Positions 35,338-54,652 of a stretch of 64,000 bases of DNA are shown in pieces. This DNA is from the human T2T-CHM13v2.0 reference genome, Homo sapiens, in NCBI RefSeq assembly GCF_009914755.1, contig NC_060936.1. The stretch is one strand, 5' to 3'. Position numbers and translations under genes: made by a program. The notes beneath the pieces were generated by a model that saw only the letters and a list, made by a program, of their open reading frames with translations, was not told where the DNA came from and searched no databases. Each line of letters starts with the position of its first letter. Position 1 is the first letter of the stretch.

Positions 35338-35948
35338 AAGACTTTATATTTTTCCCATCACTTTCTTCCTAGCAACCTGAATGGTACGTGGCATGTGGCA
35401 GTGTTCAGAACATATTTGTTAAACAAACCAATGTGCTTTATGTTCTTCTTGGGTGTTCTTCAAATTCTTTAAAGGCCCTTTCTTCTCCCTAAGACAGTCA
35501 GACTTTTGAAAGAGACTGGCCACTCTAAGGGCAGCAGATGATCAATTCTTGTACACAAGGCCAATGGTACAAGAAAGCAGCAGAGGCACCTTAGCAGGCC
35601 AAGCTTTCTCTGCCCCTGTTCTGTGCCCAAGGCAGCATGGCTGGGGGAGGAGCTGGCCTAGAAGCATCCTGTACACAGGAGCCAGATGGTGACCACGAAC
35701 ACCCTCCGTGGCAGAGCCCGGGAGCCAGGGACAGCTGGGTCAGGGTTTGCTTTTCTTCTCACCCTTCCAGTGAGGGCCGCTGACCGAGAGATGGTGGTGA
35801 GACTCCTCAGCGTGAGCAGTGCCCCAGACAGGCTCAGATGACTTGCAAGATCACCCGATGTGAGGGCTCAAGACACTTGGAGGAGTTGTGGTGTGAAAAG
35901 AAAGCTTCCCATTCTTGGCTAAAGGGGGATTAGGAGAAAACTGAATTC

Positions 35949-37292
35949 CAACAGGTGTATGAAAAGGTGCTGAACCTCACTAATCATCAGGGAAATGCAA
36001 ATCAACAGCAGAGTGAGATGCCACCTCACGCCTGTTAGGTGGCTCATATGGTTTGGCTCCGTGTCCCCACCCAAATCTCACCTCCAGTTGTAATCTCCAT
36101 AATCCCCACGTGTCAAGGGAGGAGCCTGGTGGGAGGTGATTGGATCATGGGGGCCTTTTCCCCCATGCTGTTCTCATGGCAGTGAGGGAGTTCTCGCGAG
36201 ATCTCATGGTTTCATAAACGGCAGTTTCCCGTGGGCTTCTCTCACTCTCCCCTGCTGCCTTGTAAAGAAGGTTCCTTGCTTTCCCTTCGCCTTCCGCCAT
36301 GAGTGTAAGTTTCCTGAGGCCTCCCCAGCCATGCGGAACTGTGAGTCCATGAAACCTCCTTGTTTATAAATTACCCAGTCTCAAGTAGTATCTTCATTGC
36401 AGTGTGAAAATGGGCTAATACAGTGGCCACTGGTATTAAAACTGTATTAAAACGATGAAAGGTGTGTTGGCAAGGATGGGGGAAAAGGGAACACTTACAC
36501 ATTGTTGGTGAGAATGCAAACTGGTAAATTTGTACAGCCTTGATGAAAAATGGTATGGAGGTTCCTCAAAAAATAAAAAAAAGAAATAGAACTCCCATAT
36601 GATTCAGCAATTCCACTTCTGGGTATGTATCCACAGGAAATGAGATCAGTGTATTGAAGAGACATCTGTACGCCCAAGTTCACTGCAGCACTATTCACAG
36701 CAGCCATGCCATGGAATCAACTCAAGTGTCCACCAGTGGATGCATGGAGAAAGAAAATGTGGCATCTGTATACACACACGGGAGTATTATTCAGCCTTAA
36801 AGAGAAGGTAATGATGGTAATGATGCCATTTGGGATAACGTGGATGAACCTGGAGGACATTATGCTAAGTGAAATACGCCTGACACAGAAAGACAAACAT
36901 GGCGTGATCTCACCCATAGGTGGACTCTAAAGTAGTCAAACTCATAGAAACAGAGCAGAAGGGTGGTGACCAAGAGTCAGGGGTGAGGGAAATGGGGAGA
37001 TGTTGTTCAAAGGATACAAACTTACAGTCATAAGACGAATAAGTTCTGGAGACCTAATGTGCTGTGTGCTGATAGAGTTAATAGTATTTGGGAAGAGAAT
37101 AACTCTCAAGCGTTTTGACCACACAGAAGGTAACTATGTGAAGGGATGGGTATGTTAACTAGCTCGGTTGTGACAATCATCTCACAGTGTATACATATTT
37201 CAAAACCTCACGCTAGACACATTTGAATATATAATATTTTTATTTGTCAATTATGCCTCCATAGAGCTGGAAAAAAAAAAGAAAAAAAAAAA
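35949..37292 (+). mobile_element. L1MA-type 3' fragment with A tail, interrupted by a MaLR LTR
   Basis: ORF2 C-terminal/3'UTR motifs (atcagggaaatgcaaatca, ggatgaacctggaggacattatgctaagtgaaata), A tail at 37271-37293. Confidence 0.85.
36044..36422 (+). mobile_element. THE1/MSTA MaLR solo LTR
   Basis: tcatatggtttggctcc...gctaataca; TSD GTGGC. Confidence 0.9.
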
Positions 37293-38812
37293 ACCCTGCT
37301 GTACTTCCTTCTCAGGAGACCAAATAGGCAAACACAGCCCCTTTGGGTAGGATTATGTCAGTTAAACATGGCCTTGCTGCCCCGAACTGGTGTGTGGACT
37401 TCTGGGGCTGAGACTGAGCCCATCTGACAATCTTTGTATACAGTGGCTGCCCATGAGTCTCTATCTCTGTGCCTTGCACCAAGTCGGTGCCCAGTGAATG
37501 CCTGATAAACTGCGAGCACCCACAGTGTTTGCTAAATACGTGAAGAGACATATGGTGTGTAGGCTGGTCCAGGTTAGAGGAGTATCTCGATTAGGGCACC
37601 TCGGGGGATTCTCCAATGGCTCAACTAAAGACACCTGGAATTTAGTCGGGGCAGCCCTGGGTCAGGGCCACGGTGTTAGGCAAAGTTGACTGCTGTAAAT
37701 AGCACCTCAACACAGCTTATGTCCTACTCATATAATAGTGCCACTGCGTTGGGGAGCTCCTTCCACACGGTGATTCAGGGACCCAGGTCCTTTCCATCCT
37801 GGGACTCTGACCTCCTGTGTGGCTTCTTCATTCAGCTGGCAGATGGTGCAAGGGAGGGATCAGGTCGAGAAGGTGCTTATAAGCCAGGTCTTCTTCATTC
37901 AACCATGAATTCACTCCCACTCACATTCCACTGGTGAAACCTCAGCCATTTGGCTTTGCCTAACTACAGGGGGTACTGAGAAATCCTGTTGAGCTGCGTT
38001 CCCAAGAGGAAAGGAAGTTGTTTTGGTGGATACCTCGCAGCTTCAGCCACAGCAGTGGAACGAAGCAGGTGCCTCTCCTTACTCTCTATCCACTCCCTGT
38101 TAGGTAGGATCCAGGTCGGCTAAGCATGCTGGCTTCAACAGCAGGGATGTGAGGTGAGGGAGGACAGCGATGCAGGAGGAATGGAGATGCGTCTAACACG
38201 GGGTCAGACGGCAGATTCGAGGGCTCCCTGATGAATGAGCAAACGCTGGCTCCAGCATATTTACTGCGTCACCTGTAAGTGCATTCCTTGCTGTGCAAAC
38301 TTGCTAAGTATTTTTAGTAAGGCCAAAAGTTCCCCTAAGCACCGTAATTATCTCGGTTGGAGATGTCAGGAGAGTTTACCGTTAAAGAAGGAGGCGGCCG
38401 CTGCAAGCGTGATCATAAGGTACACTCAGTGCTGCTTTTATGGCTGCGGAACAGAACATTCCCGCAGCCGCCTTTACATATGGATAGGGGACTCAAGTGT
38501 CCTTTGGGGAGCTGTGGAAGGGTAATTTCTCTTCAGTAGACCAGGGTAAGTTATTCTGACCCACACGGCTCACACCTCAGGAGGCAGGAAAATAAATCAG
38601 CACTCTGAAAATCTTCCCTCATTAGGCCAGGCTCTGATGAGACCCCGTGGGTCGTGCTGGTCTGAAGGCAGCAAGCAGGCTGGCTTCCACAGAAATAGAA
38701 TCAGCCTCATGTGAGAGCTTTCTTGGAATTGGGGGCAGTGTGAGGGGAACAGACCCTGGGAGCTTGGATCTTCTCAGGAAAGGAAAAGTCATTTTTAAAA
38801 AAGTGGGCTCAT

Positions 38813-39108
38813 GGCCAGGCGTGGTGGCTTATGCCTGTAATCCCAGAACTTTGGGAGGCTGAAGCGGGAGTTTGAGCACAGGAGTTTGAGACCAGCCTGG
38901 GCAACATAGTAAGACCGCATCTTTACAGAAAAAATTATAAAAATTAGCAGGTGTGGTGGTGGGTACCTGTGGTCCTAGCTACTCTAGAGGTTGAGGTGGG
39001 AGGATCGCTTGAGCCTGGGAGGTTGAGGCTGCAGTGAGCTATGACCACACCAATGTACTCCAAGCCTGGGTGACAGAGCAAGACCCTGTCTCAAAAAATA
39101 ATAATAAA
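38813..39108 (+). mobile_element. AluJ
   Basis: Dimeric Alu with a small left-arm deletion. Confidence 0.9.
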
Positions 39109-39759
39109 ATACCAAATGGGCTCAGAGAGAGGTGATCAAGTGTGATGCTCAACAAAGTATATTTGGGATGTAGATTCCCCCCAGTCGAGGTCAGGCATCA
39201 CCAATGACCGGCTTTGTGATCTTGGGCAGAATTCTTAACCTCTCTGTGCCTTAGTTACCTGCATGGAGAAAGGAGGTGATAAGTCCATATCAGTCAATTT
39301 AGTTTTATTTGTGCTGCAGAAACATAGGACCCCCCCCCCCCCACCCCCGCCCCACACCATCTCGGTGACTCATCAGAGATTTGTTTCAGGGCCACATTTC
39401 GTGTCTATTGTGATATCACATCTTGTTCATTCTGTGAACTGTGTTAACAGAACAGCTCTTGCCTGGGGTGTTGCTGGTCTTATGGGAGAAGAAAAAGAAG
39501 GGAAGTGAGGGATCTTTTCATGGCACTTAAAACTCCTGGGAGCAGCAAAAAAGTCACTTCTGTTCCCATTCCAGTGGACTGAGCAAGTCATATGGCTGTG
39601 TCAATGTGGGCGGGGCAGTCATGTACGATTCTCCTGTAGGGACTGTTGTTAAGGAAGGAACAGGAGTGAATATTTTAAACAACTGCACAGTCTATCCCAG
39701 GTCCACAGTCATTCATTGAAAACCTTGGTGCTCAATTGAGCTTTAAGATTTAGAAATTT

Positions 39760-40054
<295 letters not shown>

Positions 40055-41769
40055 TTAGAAATTTTAAGTTTTATGCACATACACACGCACACACACACAA
40101 TCTCTATTCATCTATCTTTCTACACATAGATGGATACATAGTATATTAATTTATAGTATCATACTCAGGATTACCTCCAATCTGAGGTAGAACCCTATAA
40201 TATAAAAACAATATTTCTGTAGTAAAACATGTAAGACAGCAACAGTAAGTGTGCTACAAAAGCATTTTATATAGTTTTGCATTATTCCAGCAAGTTTTCC
40301 CACCAAATATTTTGATGCAAACCTATGAAAAAAATTTTGAATTTGAGAGTGATTTTTTCTTCAAAAAAATTTCAGAATTGTGGATAAGATATTGCAGATC
40401 TGTTAGGATGATAAAAATACTGTATAAAAGCCCTTACTGCAACTCTGGCATGTAGCAGGAACTCAGTAAATATCGATATTAATTTTTAAGAGGTAGAAGA
40501 GTTTGGAACATCCCCTTAGCAAAATCAACGACAGGTGAAAAGATGATTGAAGTAAGACAATGATGGTCTACAGAACACCATATCCAAAACCCAGGATGTC
40601 CTCAGCTTGACGTGCTCCCTGCCCTTAGAGAAAGTATGATGTCTCTATTTTTCTTTTCCTCTGAACAAGGATAGATGAATTCATCGAATTTGTCTCTACT
40701 TTACTCTGGGGTTCTTCTAAATTATTAGTTGTTCAGCAAAGCCCTTTCATCATTACTGGAAAATTGTATCCTCCTTTGGATCTGGGGACCTCCACTGAGG
40801 CTTTCCCTTTCTGCTGCCTTTCTCGGCCCCCAAGGTGACCTTCCCAGTCCTCCGTGCCATGTTTCTAAGGCTTGCTGAGCAATGACAGCCAACTGTATCA
40901 AGCTGTTTCAAAAATACTGGCCTAAAGCCGCTCTTCCCTGGAAGGACATTTGCATTCACATAGGACCAGAAGCACCTGAACTTAAAGGAATTTCTAAAGC
41001 AGAAATGGCTGGCCTCCAGCTACCTAGATGGAGGGAAGGATCATTTGAGTCTGAGGACTCCTAAGGTCAGAAAGCTACCTTGGGAGAACATTTGATTGTC
41101 AATCAGATCTCTCAGCTTTGCACGAAGACACATTTGCAGCCCACCACCAATGCCGCCCCCTCAGCCCTGGTCAGTGGCCCGGCTTGCAGCTGCTTTGCCA
41201 GGGAACCCTAGGGAAACTGAGAGAGAGGCGATTCTTCACAGCCCCTTTGTCCTACTAACAACCAGAAAATCCACTCAAAGGTCACCTTTGTTTTTGAAAG
41301 ATGTGACATTTTTTCAGCTAGTTAATGACACACTGGGGCATTGCAGTGTGTAGGTCTGTGGTGCTTGGTTCTGGAAAGACACATGGCTCATATTTGAGTT
41401 TCAGACTTTGGGGAAATTAGTAGGATTTTTCACTGCACACGCTCAGTGCTCAGTTTGCCTCTGTGAGTCTCAGCTTGTAACATCTGCGTGTCAGTCAGCC
41501 CTTTCCGCAGGCAGCTCCCGGGTGGACAGCTGGGTGTTCTGCTTTCCTGTAGGAATTTTTGTTAAGGTAATGTGCTCTCTCTGGATGCACCTTGCAGACA
41601 CAGTGCTCATATTCTTCCTCTGCAAAGACCCTTCTCAGCTGGTCTCTTCTTGCTGCCCCTCGACAGTGCATGCCCCCAGCACTCAGAGTGACCTGCAAAG
41701 GTTGCAGACAAGGTCCTGCCAACCAAGAGCTTCTTGCTGCACTTAGAATAACATTCCAGCTGCTGCTGC

Positions 41770-42194
<425 letters not shown>

Positions 42195-43189
42195 TAGCAC
42201 TCCTGACTTCCTTCAACAACCTGCATCCCTCTGCTCACAAGGCTGGCTCAAATGTGCGTCCTCCATGCAGACCTTCATCAACTGCCTGTCCCCAGCAGCC
42301 ACCAGCCCCAGGACTTTTTCCATAGAGCCACTCATCAGTTTTGAGATGACCTTGTTTATTTACACCCCTTTTCATTGTTTGCCCTCACTCCGCCCCTTAC
42401 AATGGTGATTTCCCCAGAAGCCTCAGCCTCACGTGCTCCTAGTTTCAATCTCTAAAGAAAGGTTCTCTCTTCCTAGAATTCCCATGAAATGTCTAAGGAT
42501 TGAGCCTTGTTGGCTGACAGAGTTGTGTGCTTATCCCTGAACCAATCACTGTGGCTGTTTAGATTCTATCTTCTGCTTGGACAGGTAGGAGCCACACCTC
42601 CCCTCCGGGTGGTGATTTAGGGATCCCATGCAAGAAGGGGGGTTTCCCAAAGGAAGTCCAGGGTGCTGCTACCAAGAGAAGGGGCAATACTGGGTTCGCT
42701 GCTGGATCTTGCACCGTGAGTGCTGCTGGGCCCGTCGTAGGTGCTCAAGAGATTTGAAAGAATGAATAAATGAATAAGCACTCACAGGGTTGCTAGAGAA
42801 TTGAATGAGATGGCTCATGCAACGTTCTCAGCAAGGCTTTCATGTGAAGCTGGTGTCCCATGAGCATGGACTATCATTATTAAGAGGGTTTACTGGGAGG
42901 TAGTGCCTGCAAGCTGGTAGCCTCTGGGTCAAATCTGAGCCACAGACCAATTTGGTTAGGATTTCAGAATGTTCTAAAAAATGGAACCAACATGAAAACA
43001 TTGGAGGGGTTTATGTTAAATCCTGATTTCTAGATAGTTTTCCATAGGCCTGCTATCCTTCAAAATCAGAAATATGTCAACGCCAGCCTCACCTTTTAGA
43101 TGACCACCACTGGCTCGTGCCGAGTGGCACCTGCTCTTATCTGATGGCAGTATGTCTCCAGCTCACGGCAGCCCCCACACCTGTCAGTA

Positions 43190-43677
<488 letters not shown>

Positions 43678-44662
43678 CCCTTGATTCCTAAATGTTTCAG
43701 TTTCTGAAGCAGAGGCTGCCTTGGGGCATGGGGCCTGCAGTAAACCCAAACTCATTTTCTTGTTCCTCTGCAGCCACAGATATATTTTTGGACCCCACAC
43801 AGCTCTCTATTCTGAGCTGTAGAGCAGTGTCCTTTGGGTTTCTTTCTGCTTGAAGCGGCCCCAGTGGGTCCATGGATGTGGTGACGGTGGGTAATGTTGG
43901 CCGGCTGCCTCCCCTCCAGGAAGCTGTCAGCCACCAGCTCTCTGCACCCAGCTTGCAAGCGAGATGAGTCCACTCTTCCCGTAAATCCTAGTCGCCTTCC
44001 AGCTCTCAGATGCCTGGAAGTCTCCCTGCCATAAGGAGGCAGCATCCCACCCTGACCTCCAGCGCTCCACGGTTAGCCTGGAGAAGGGTGGGGACAAATA
44101 TGAGTCTACCTGCTAGACAGGAGGATGAACAAGAAGCTCTTGGGCACTGCTGTTCCCCATCAGCTATGACCAGGACTCGTCACCCCTCAAAGCAGCAAAC
44201 AACAAAGAACTCCTCATCCCTAACTTCCAGCCCCTAGATCTCCCCCTAATTCCCCACCGTGCCCCACACATGTGGGCCAAGCCAGCCTCTAACAGCCGAA
44301 TGATGGTTGTAGCCTTTCCGCGCACACGCAATTTACAGTTCCTGCAGGAACTCCGTGGAGAGCCCCTCTGAGCAGGAGTGGTCTGCAGAGCAATTAGGAT
44401 GAAAAAGCGTCTGGGCTGCCGATGGCTATGAAGCTTTCTACCTTGTCACACAGGAGAATTTATGTTGCTGCAGGATGTAGCAACTGAATGGCTGGTGCAG
44501 GGCTCACCCTGTAACTCTTGGCTTGTTGCAAAGGCAGATAAATGTCTCCCTTTTCTGTGAAAAGCAGACAGGAATGAACAGCTCTAAACAGGCCTATTTT
44601 GGCCATGAGTCTTTTATGAAGGGCTAGTTATTATAATTAGCTGGTGTAATAGAAACCCTTAA

Positions 44663-45006
<344 letters not shown>

Positions 45007-45133
45007 AGCACTGGTTTTCAGCAACTGTCTGTGGAGCTGCATTGAGTGCTGCTGGGAGAGGCAGTGTTCCCAGATTTTACTCTGAAATCGAGAGTGAAGG
45101 AAAGCACTTGCACAGTCAAAAAAATGGAAGTAT

Positions 45134-45489
<356 letters not shown>

Positions 45490-45773
45490 TCACACACAGA
45501 CTTAATGGCAACAGACATGCACACGCGTGCACACACGCACACATACACCCTCTCGGCACCCGTCAGCACCAAGAAAACAACTCGTCAGTGAAATGTCTTT
45601 TGTGGCTACCAGGATGCAAAGTGCTAGACTGTTGCCTTAGTTTCAGATTTTCGTTTGCTCCATTTTCTTTGGAGTTTCAATATGACTCAGAGCCTGACAG
45701 CAGGACTTCTTACGTTTCTTCTGTTCCTCACCCCATATCACTCCCTTGACTACTCCTGGGCTTGTCCCTGTCT

Positions 45774-46567
<794 letters not shown>

Positions 46568-47097
46568 CTGAGGAATAGAAGGAGCCTCGCTGGTGATTGG
46601 CTTGTCATCCTGGCCACGCCACCACCCTCCTTCACGTGACTGTGTGCCTCTAGGTGGTTCTAATCATGGTGTGAAGCTGGAAGGACTTGGCGTTTGTTGA
46701 ATGAGTAAGCAAGATGGTGAATGATGAGAGGGGGGTGGCTGGAGGCCTGCTGCACAGGCCATTGTGCAAATGGGGCCACTGGCACTCTGCCTCCATGCCC
46801 ATCTTTTGGGCTGAGAACAAACAGGGAGAATGAACCTTGCTGCTGGCAGACCCCTTTTTCTTTTCTTTTTTTTTTTTTTAAATTTTATTATTATTATACT
46901 TTAAGTTTCAGGGTACATGTGCACAATGTGCAGGTTTGTTACACATGTATACATGTGCCATGTTGGTGTGCTGCACCCATCAACTCGTCATTTAGCATTA
47001 GATATATCTCCTAATGCTATCCCTCCCCACTCCCCCTACCCCACAACAGTCCCCGGTGTGTGATGTTCCCCTTCCTGTGTCCATGTGTTCTCATTGT

Positions 47098-50917
<3,820 letters not shown>

Positions 50918-50980
50918 TATTATGTCAGTTGGTTATTTTGCTCATTAGTTGATGCAGTTTCTTCCTAGCCTCGATGGTCT

Positions 50981-51996
50981 TTACAATTTGGCATGTTTTT
51001 GCAGTGGCTGGTACTGGTTGTTCCTTTCCATGTTTAGTGCTTCTTCCTTCAGGAGCTCTTTTAGGACAGGCCTGGTGGTGACAAAATCTCTCAGCATTTG
51101 CTTGTCTGTAAAGTATTTTATTTCTCCTTCACTTATGAAGCTTAGTTTGGCTGGATATGAAATTCTGGGTTGAAAATTCTTTTCTTTAAGAATGTTGAAT
51201 ATTGCCCCCCACTCTCTTCTGGCTTGTAGAGTTTCTGCCAAGAGATCAGCTGTTAGTCTGATGTGCTTCCCTTTGTGGGTAACCCGACCTTTCTCTCTGG
51301 CTGCCCTTAACATTTTTTCCTTCATTTCAACTTTGGTGAATCTGGCAATTATGTGTCTTGGAGTTGCTCTTCTCGAGGATTATCTCTGTGGTGTTCTCTG
51401 TATTTCCTGAATTTGAATGTTGGCCTGCCTTGCTAGATTGGGGAAGTTCTCCTGGATAATATCCTGCAGAGTGTTTTCCAACTTGGTTCCATTCTCCCCG
51501 TCACTTTCAGGTACACCAAACAGACGTAGGTTTGGTCTTTTCACATAGTCCCATATTTCTTGGAGGCTTTGTTTCTTTTTATTCTTTTTTCTCTAAACTT
51601 CTCTTCTCACTTCATTTCATTCATTTCGTCTTCCATCACTGATACCCTTTCTTCCAGTTGATCGCAGCGGCTACTGAGGCTTGTGCATTCGTCACGTAGT
51701 TCTCGTGCCTTGGTTTTCAGCTCCATCAGGTCCTTTAAGGACTTCTTTGCATTGGTTATTCTAGTTATCCATTCATCTAATTTTTTTTCAAAGTGTTTAA
51801 CTTCTTTGCCATTGGTTCAAACTTCCTCCTGTAGCTAGGAGTAGTTTGATCGTCTGAAGCCTTCTTCTCTCAACTTGTCAAAGTCATTCTCTGTCCAGCT
51901 TTGTTCTGTTGCTGGTGAGGAGCTGCGTTCCTTTGGAGGAGGAGAGGAGCTCTGATTTTTAGAGTTTCCAGTTTTTCTGCTCTGTTTTTTCCCCAT
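50981..51996 (-). pseudogene. L1 ORF1p (RNA-binding), frameshifted
   Basis: ATGGGGAAAAAACAGAGCAG start at 51996. Span is 1016 nt, not a multiple of 3. Only the C-terminal MKEKMLRAAREKGRVTH...QKHAKL appears as an ORF in the track. Confidence 0.9.
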
Positions 51997-53022
51997 CTTT
52001 GTGGTTTTATCTACCTTTGGTCTTTGATGATGGTGACGTACAGATGGGTTTTTGGTGTTGATGTTCTTCTTGTTTGTTAGTTTTCCTTCTAACAGGACCC
52101 TCAGCTGCAGGTCTCTTGGAGTTTGCTAGAGGTCCACTCCAGACCCTGTTTGCCTGGATATCAGCAGTGGTGGCTGCAGAACAGTGGATATTGGTGAACC
52201 GCAAAGGCTGCTGCCTGATCGTTCCTCTGGAAGTTTTGTCTCAGAGGAGTACCTGGCTGTGTGAGGTGTCAGTCTGCCCCTACTGGGGTGTGCCTCCCAG
52301 TTAGGCTACTCGGGGGTCAGGGACCCACTTGAGGAGGCAGTCTGCCCATTCTCAGATCTCAAGCTGCATGCTGGGAGAAGCACTACTCTCTTCAAAGCTA
52401 TCAGACAGGGACATTTAAGTCTGCAGAGGTTACTGTTGTCCTTTTGTTTGTCTGTGCCCTGCTCCCAGAGGTGGAGCCTACAGAGGCAGGCAGGCAGGCC
52501 TCCTTGAGCTGTGGTGGGCTCCACCCAGTTCGAGCTTCTTGGCTGCTTTGTTTACCTAATCTAGTCTCAGCAATGGCAGGCGCCCCTCCCCCAGCCTTGT
52601 TGCCTCCTTGCAGTTTGATCTCAGACTTCTGTGCTAGCAATGAGCAAGACTCCGTGGGCATAGGACCCTCCGAGGCAGGTGCAGGATATAATCTCCTGGT
52701 GTGCCATTTGTTAAGCCCATTGGGAAAGTGCAGTAGTAGGGTGGGAGTGACCTGATTTTCCAGGTGCCATCTGTCATCCCTTTCTTAGACTAGGAAAGGG
52801 AATTCCCTGACCCCTTGCGCTTCCCGGGTGAGGCGATGCCTCGACCTGCTTCGGCTTGCGCACGGTGCACTGCACCCACTGTCCTGCACCCACTGTCTGG
52901 CACTCCCCAGTGAGATGAACCCAGTACCTCAGTTGGAAATGCAGAAATCACCCATCTTCTGGGTAGCTCACGCTGGGAGCTGTAGACCAGAGCTGTTCCT
53001 ATTTGGCCATCTTCGCTCCTCC

Positions 53023-53425
53023 TGCTATTGTTTATAAGAATGAGCAATCAAAACAGGCATGTACCACAGTTTCTTAATCTACTTGTCCATTGGCAAACAC
53101 TTAGGGTGTTTCCATATCTTGGCTATTGTGAATAATGCTCATTTTTGTTTATAGGAGATCAATTTATGGTATCTTCTCTCTCTCTGTCCTTCTCACTCTT
53201 TGCCATGGGGTGATGCAGCAAGAAGGCCCTCCTCAGATTCTTGTCCCTCAGTCTTGGATGTTCTAGCACGATCACTAGGTGAGGTCTCACAATAGGCCAT
53301 TTGCAAGCTGAGGAGCAAGGAAGCCAGTCTGAGTCCCAAATCTGAAGAACCTGGAGTCTACCTTCGAAGGCAGGAAGCATCCAGTATGGGAGAAAGATAT
53401 AGACCTGAAGATAAAGCTAGTTGCA
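53023..53425 (-). other. 5'-transduced mosaic leader of the L1 (MLT2A exon + MaLR piece + unique piece + old L1 piece + short flank)
   Basis: Lies inside the direct repeat gcagaccccttt (46846-46857 / 53426-53437). It has abrupt junctions between unrelated repeat fragments. Confidence 0.75.
53268..53425 (-). mobile_element. MLT2A-family (ERVL) LTR fragment, from about the TSS to the splice donor
   Basis: Minus strand reads atctttctcccatactggatgcttcctgccttcgaa...ttgctcctcagcttgcaaatggcctattgtgagacctcacctagtgatcgt, matching remembered MLT2A1/A2 consensus. Confidence 0.8.
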
Positions 53426-54175
53426 GCAGACCCCTTTCTCTATCACAAAGTGTCAGATTAGTAAGACTCATTCTTGGGCACAGATGCCCAGGGAAGCCCC
53501 TTGAGGTCATTCTATGAATGAAGTAATGTTGCCTGCTGAAATCATGAAAAGCAACCCAGGAGTAAGTATATCTCCCATTGGCAAAAACTGCTCAGACTTC
53601 AAAGCACCCCATTCTATCACCATTGCAGAATCTCTATGGGTATGTGACTGCCCCAACCCCATTCAATTCTAAAATTTCCATGGCCACAAGCACTCCTTTT
53701 GGTTATTTAGTAAACACCAGATACTTCAGGCATGTTTAGGGGGGACTGGGGACAAAATCACAATATATAGTTGATGCTTCATTATTCTCTATTAGTAGAT
53801 AATGAAACATCTATTATCTACTGCTGTTTACCTCTTTGGACATTTTTTAGCTCATGATTACTTAGATGAGAACAAGTTTTGAAAGGGAGAGGATGAAGGG
53901 AGGAGTTGAGTCTTTGGGGAGTGTGGTCCAAGGAGGCAAAGGGGACTAACAGGCAGGTGGGAAGGTGTGGCCGGTGAAGAGTCTCACACCATGGATGGCA
54001 TTTGCTGTTTGAAGGAAAGGCACTCAGCAGGAAAGGCTAAGGAGAAAGACCCCTTCTGCTGTGAGGATTTCAAATCACACTTGCTTCATTTTACCCAGTT
54101 TGTAGGTGGTAGAGAAATAGGGAGATTTCAGGACCAGGCAAAATAATATTTGTTTCTTCTGCTACAAGAATTATT

Positions 54176-54652
<477 letters not shown>

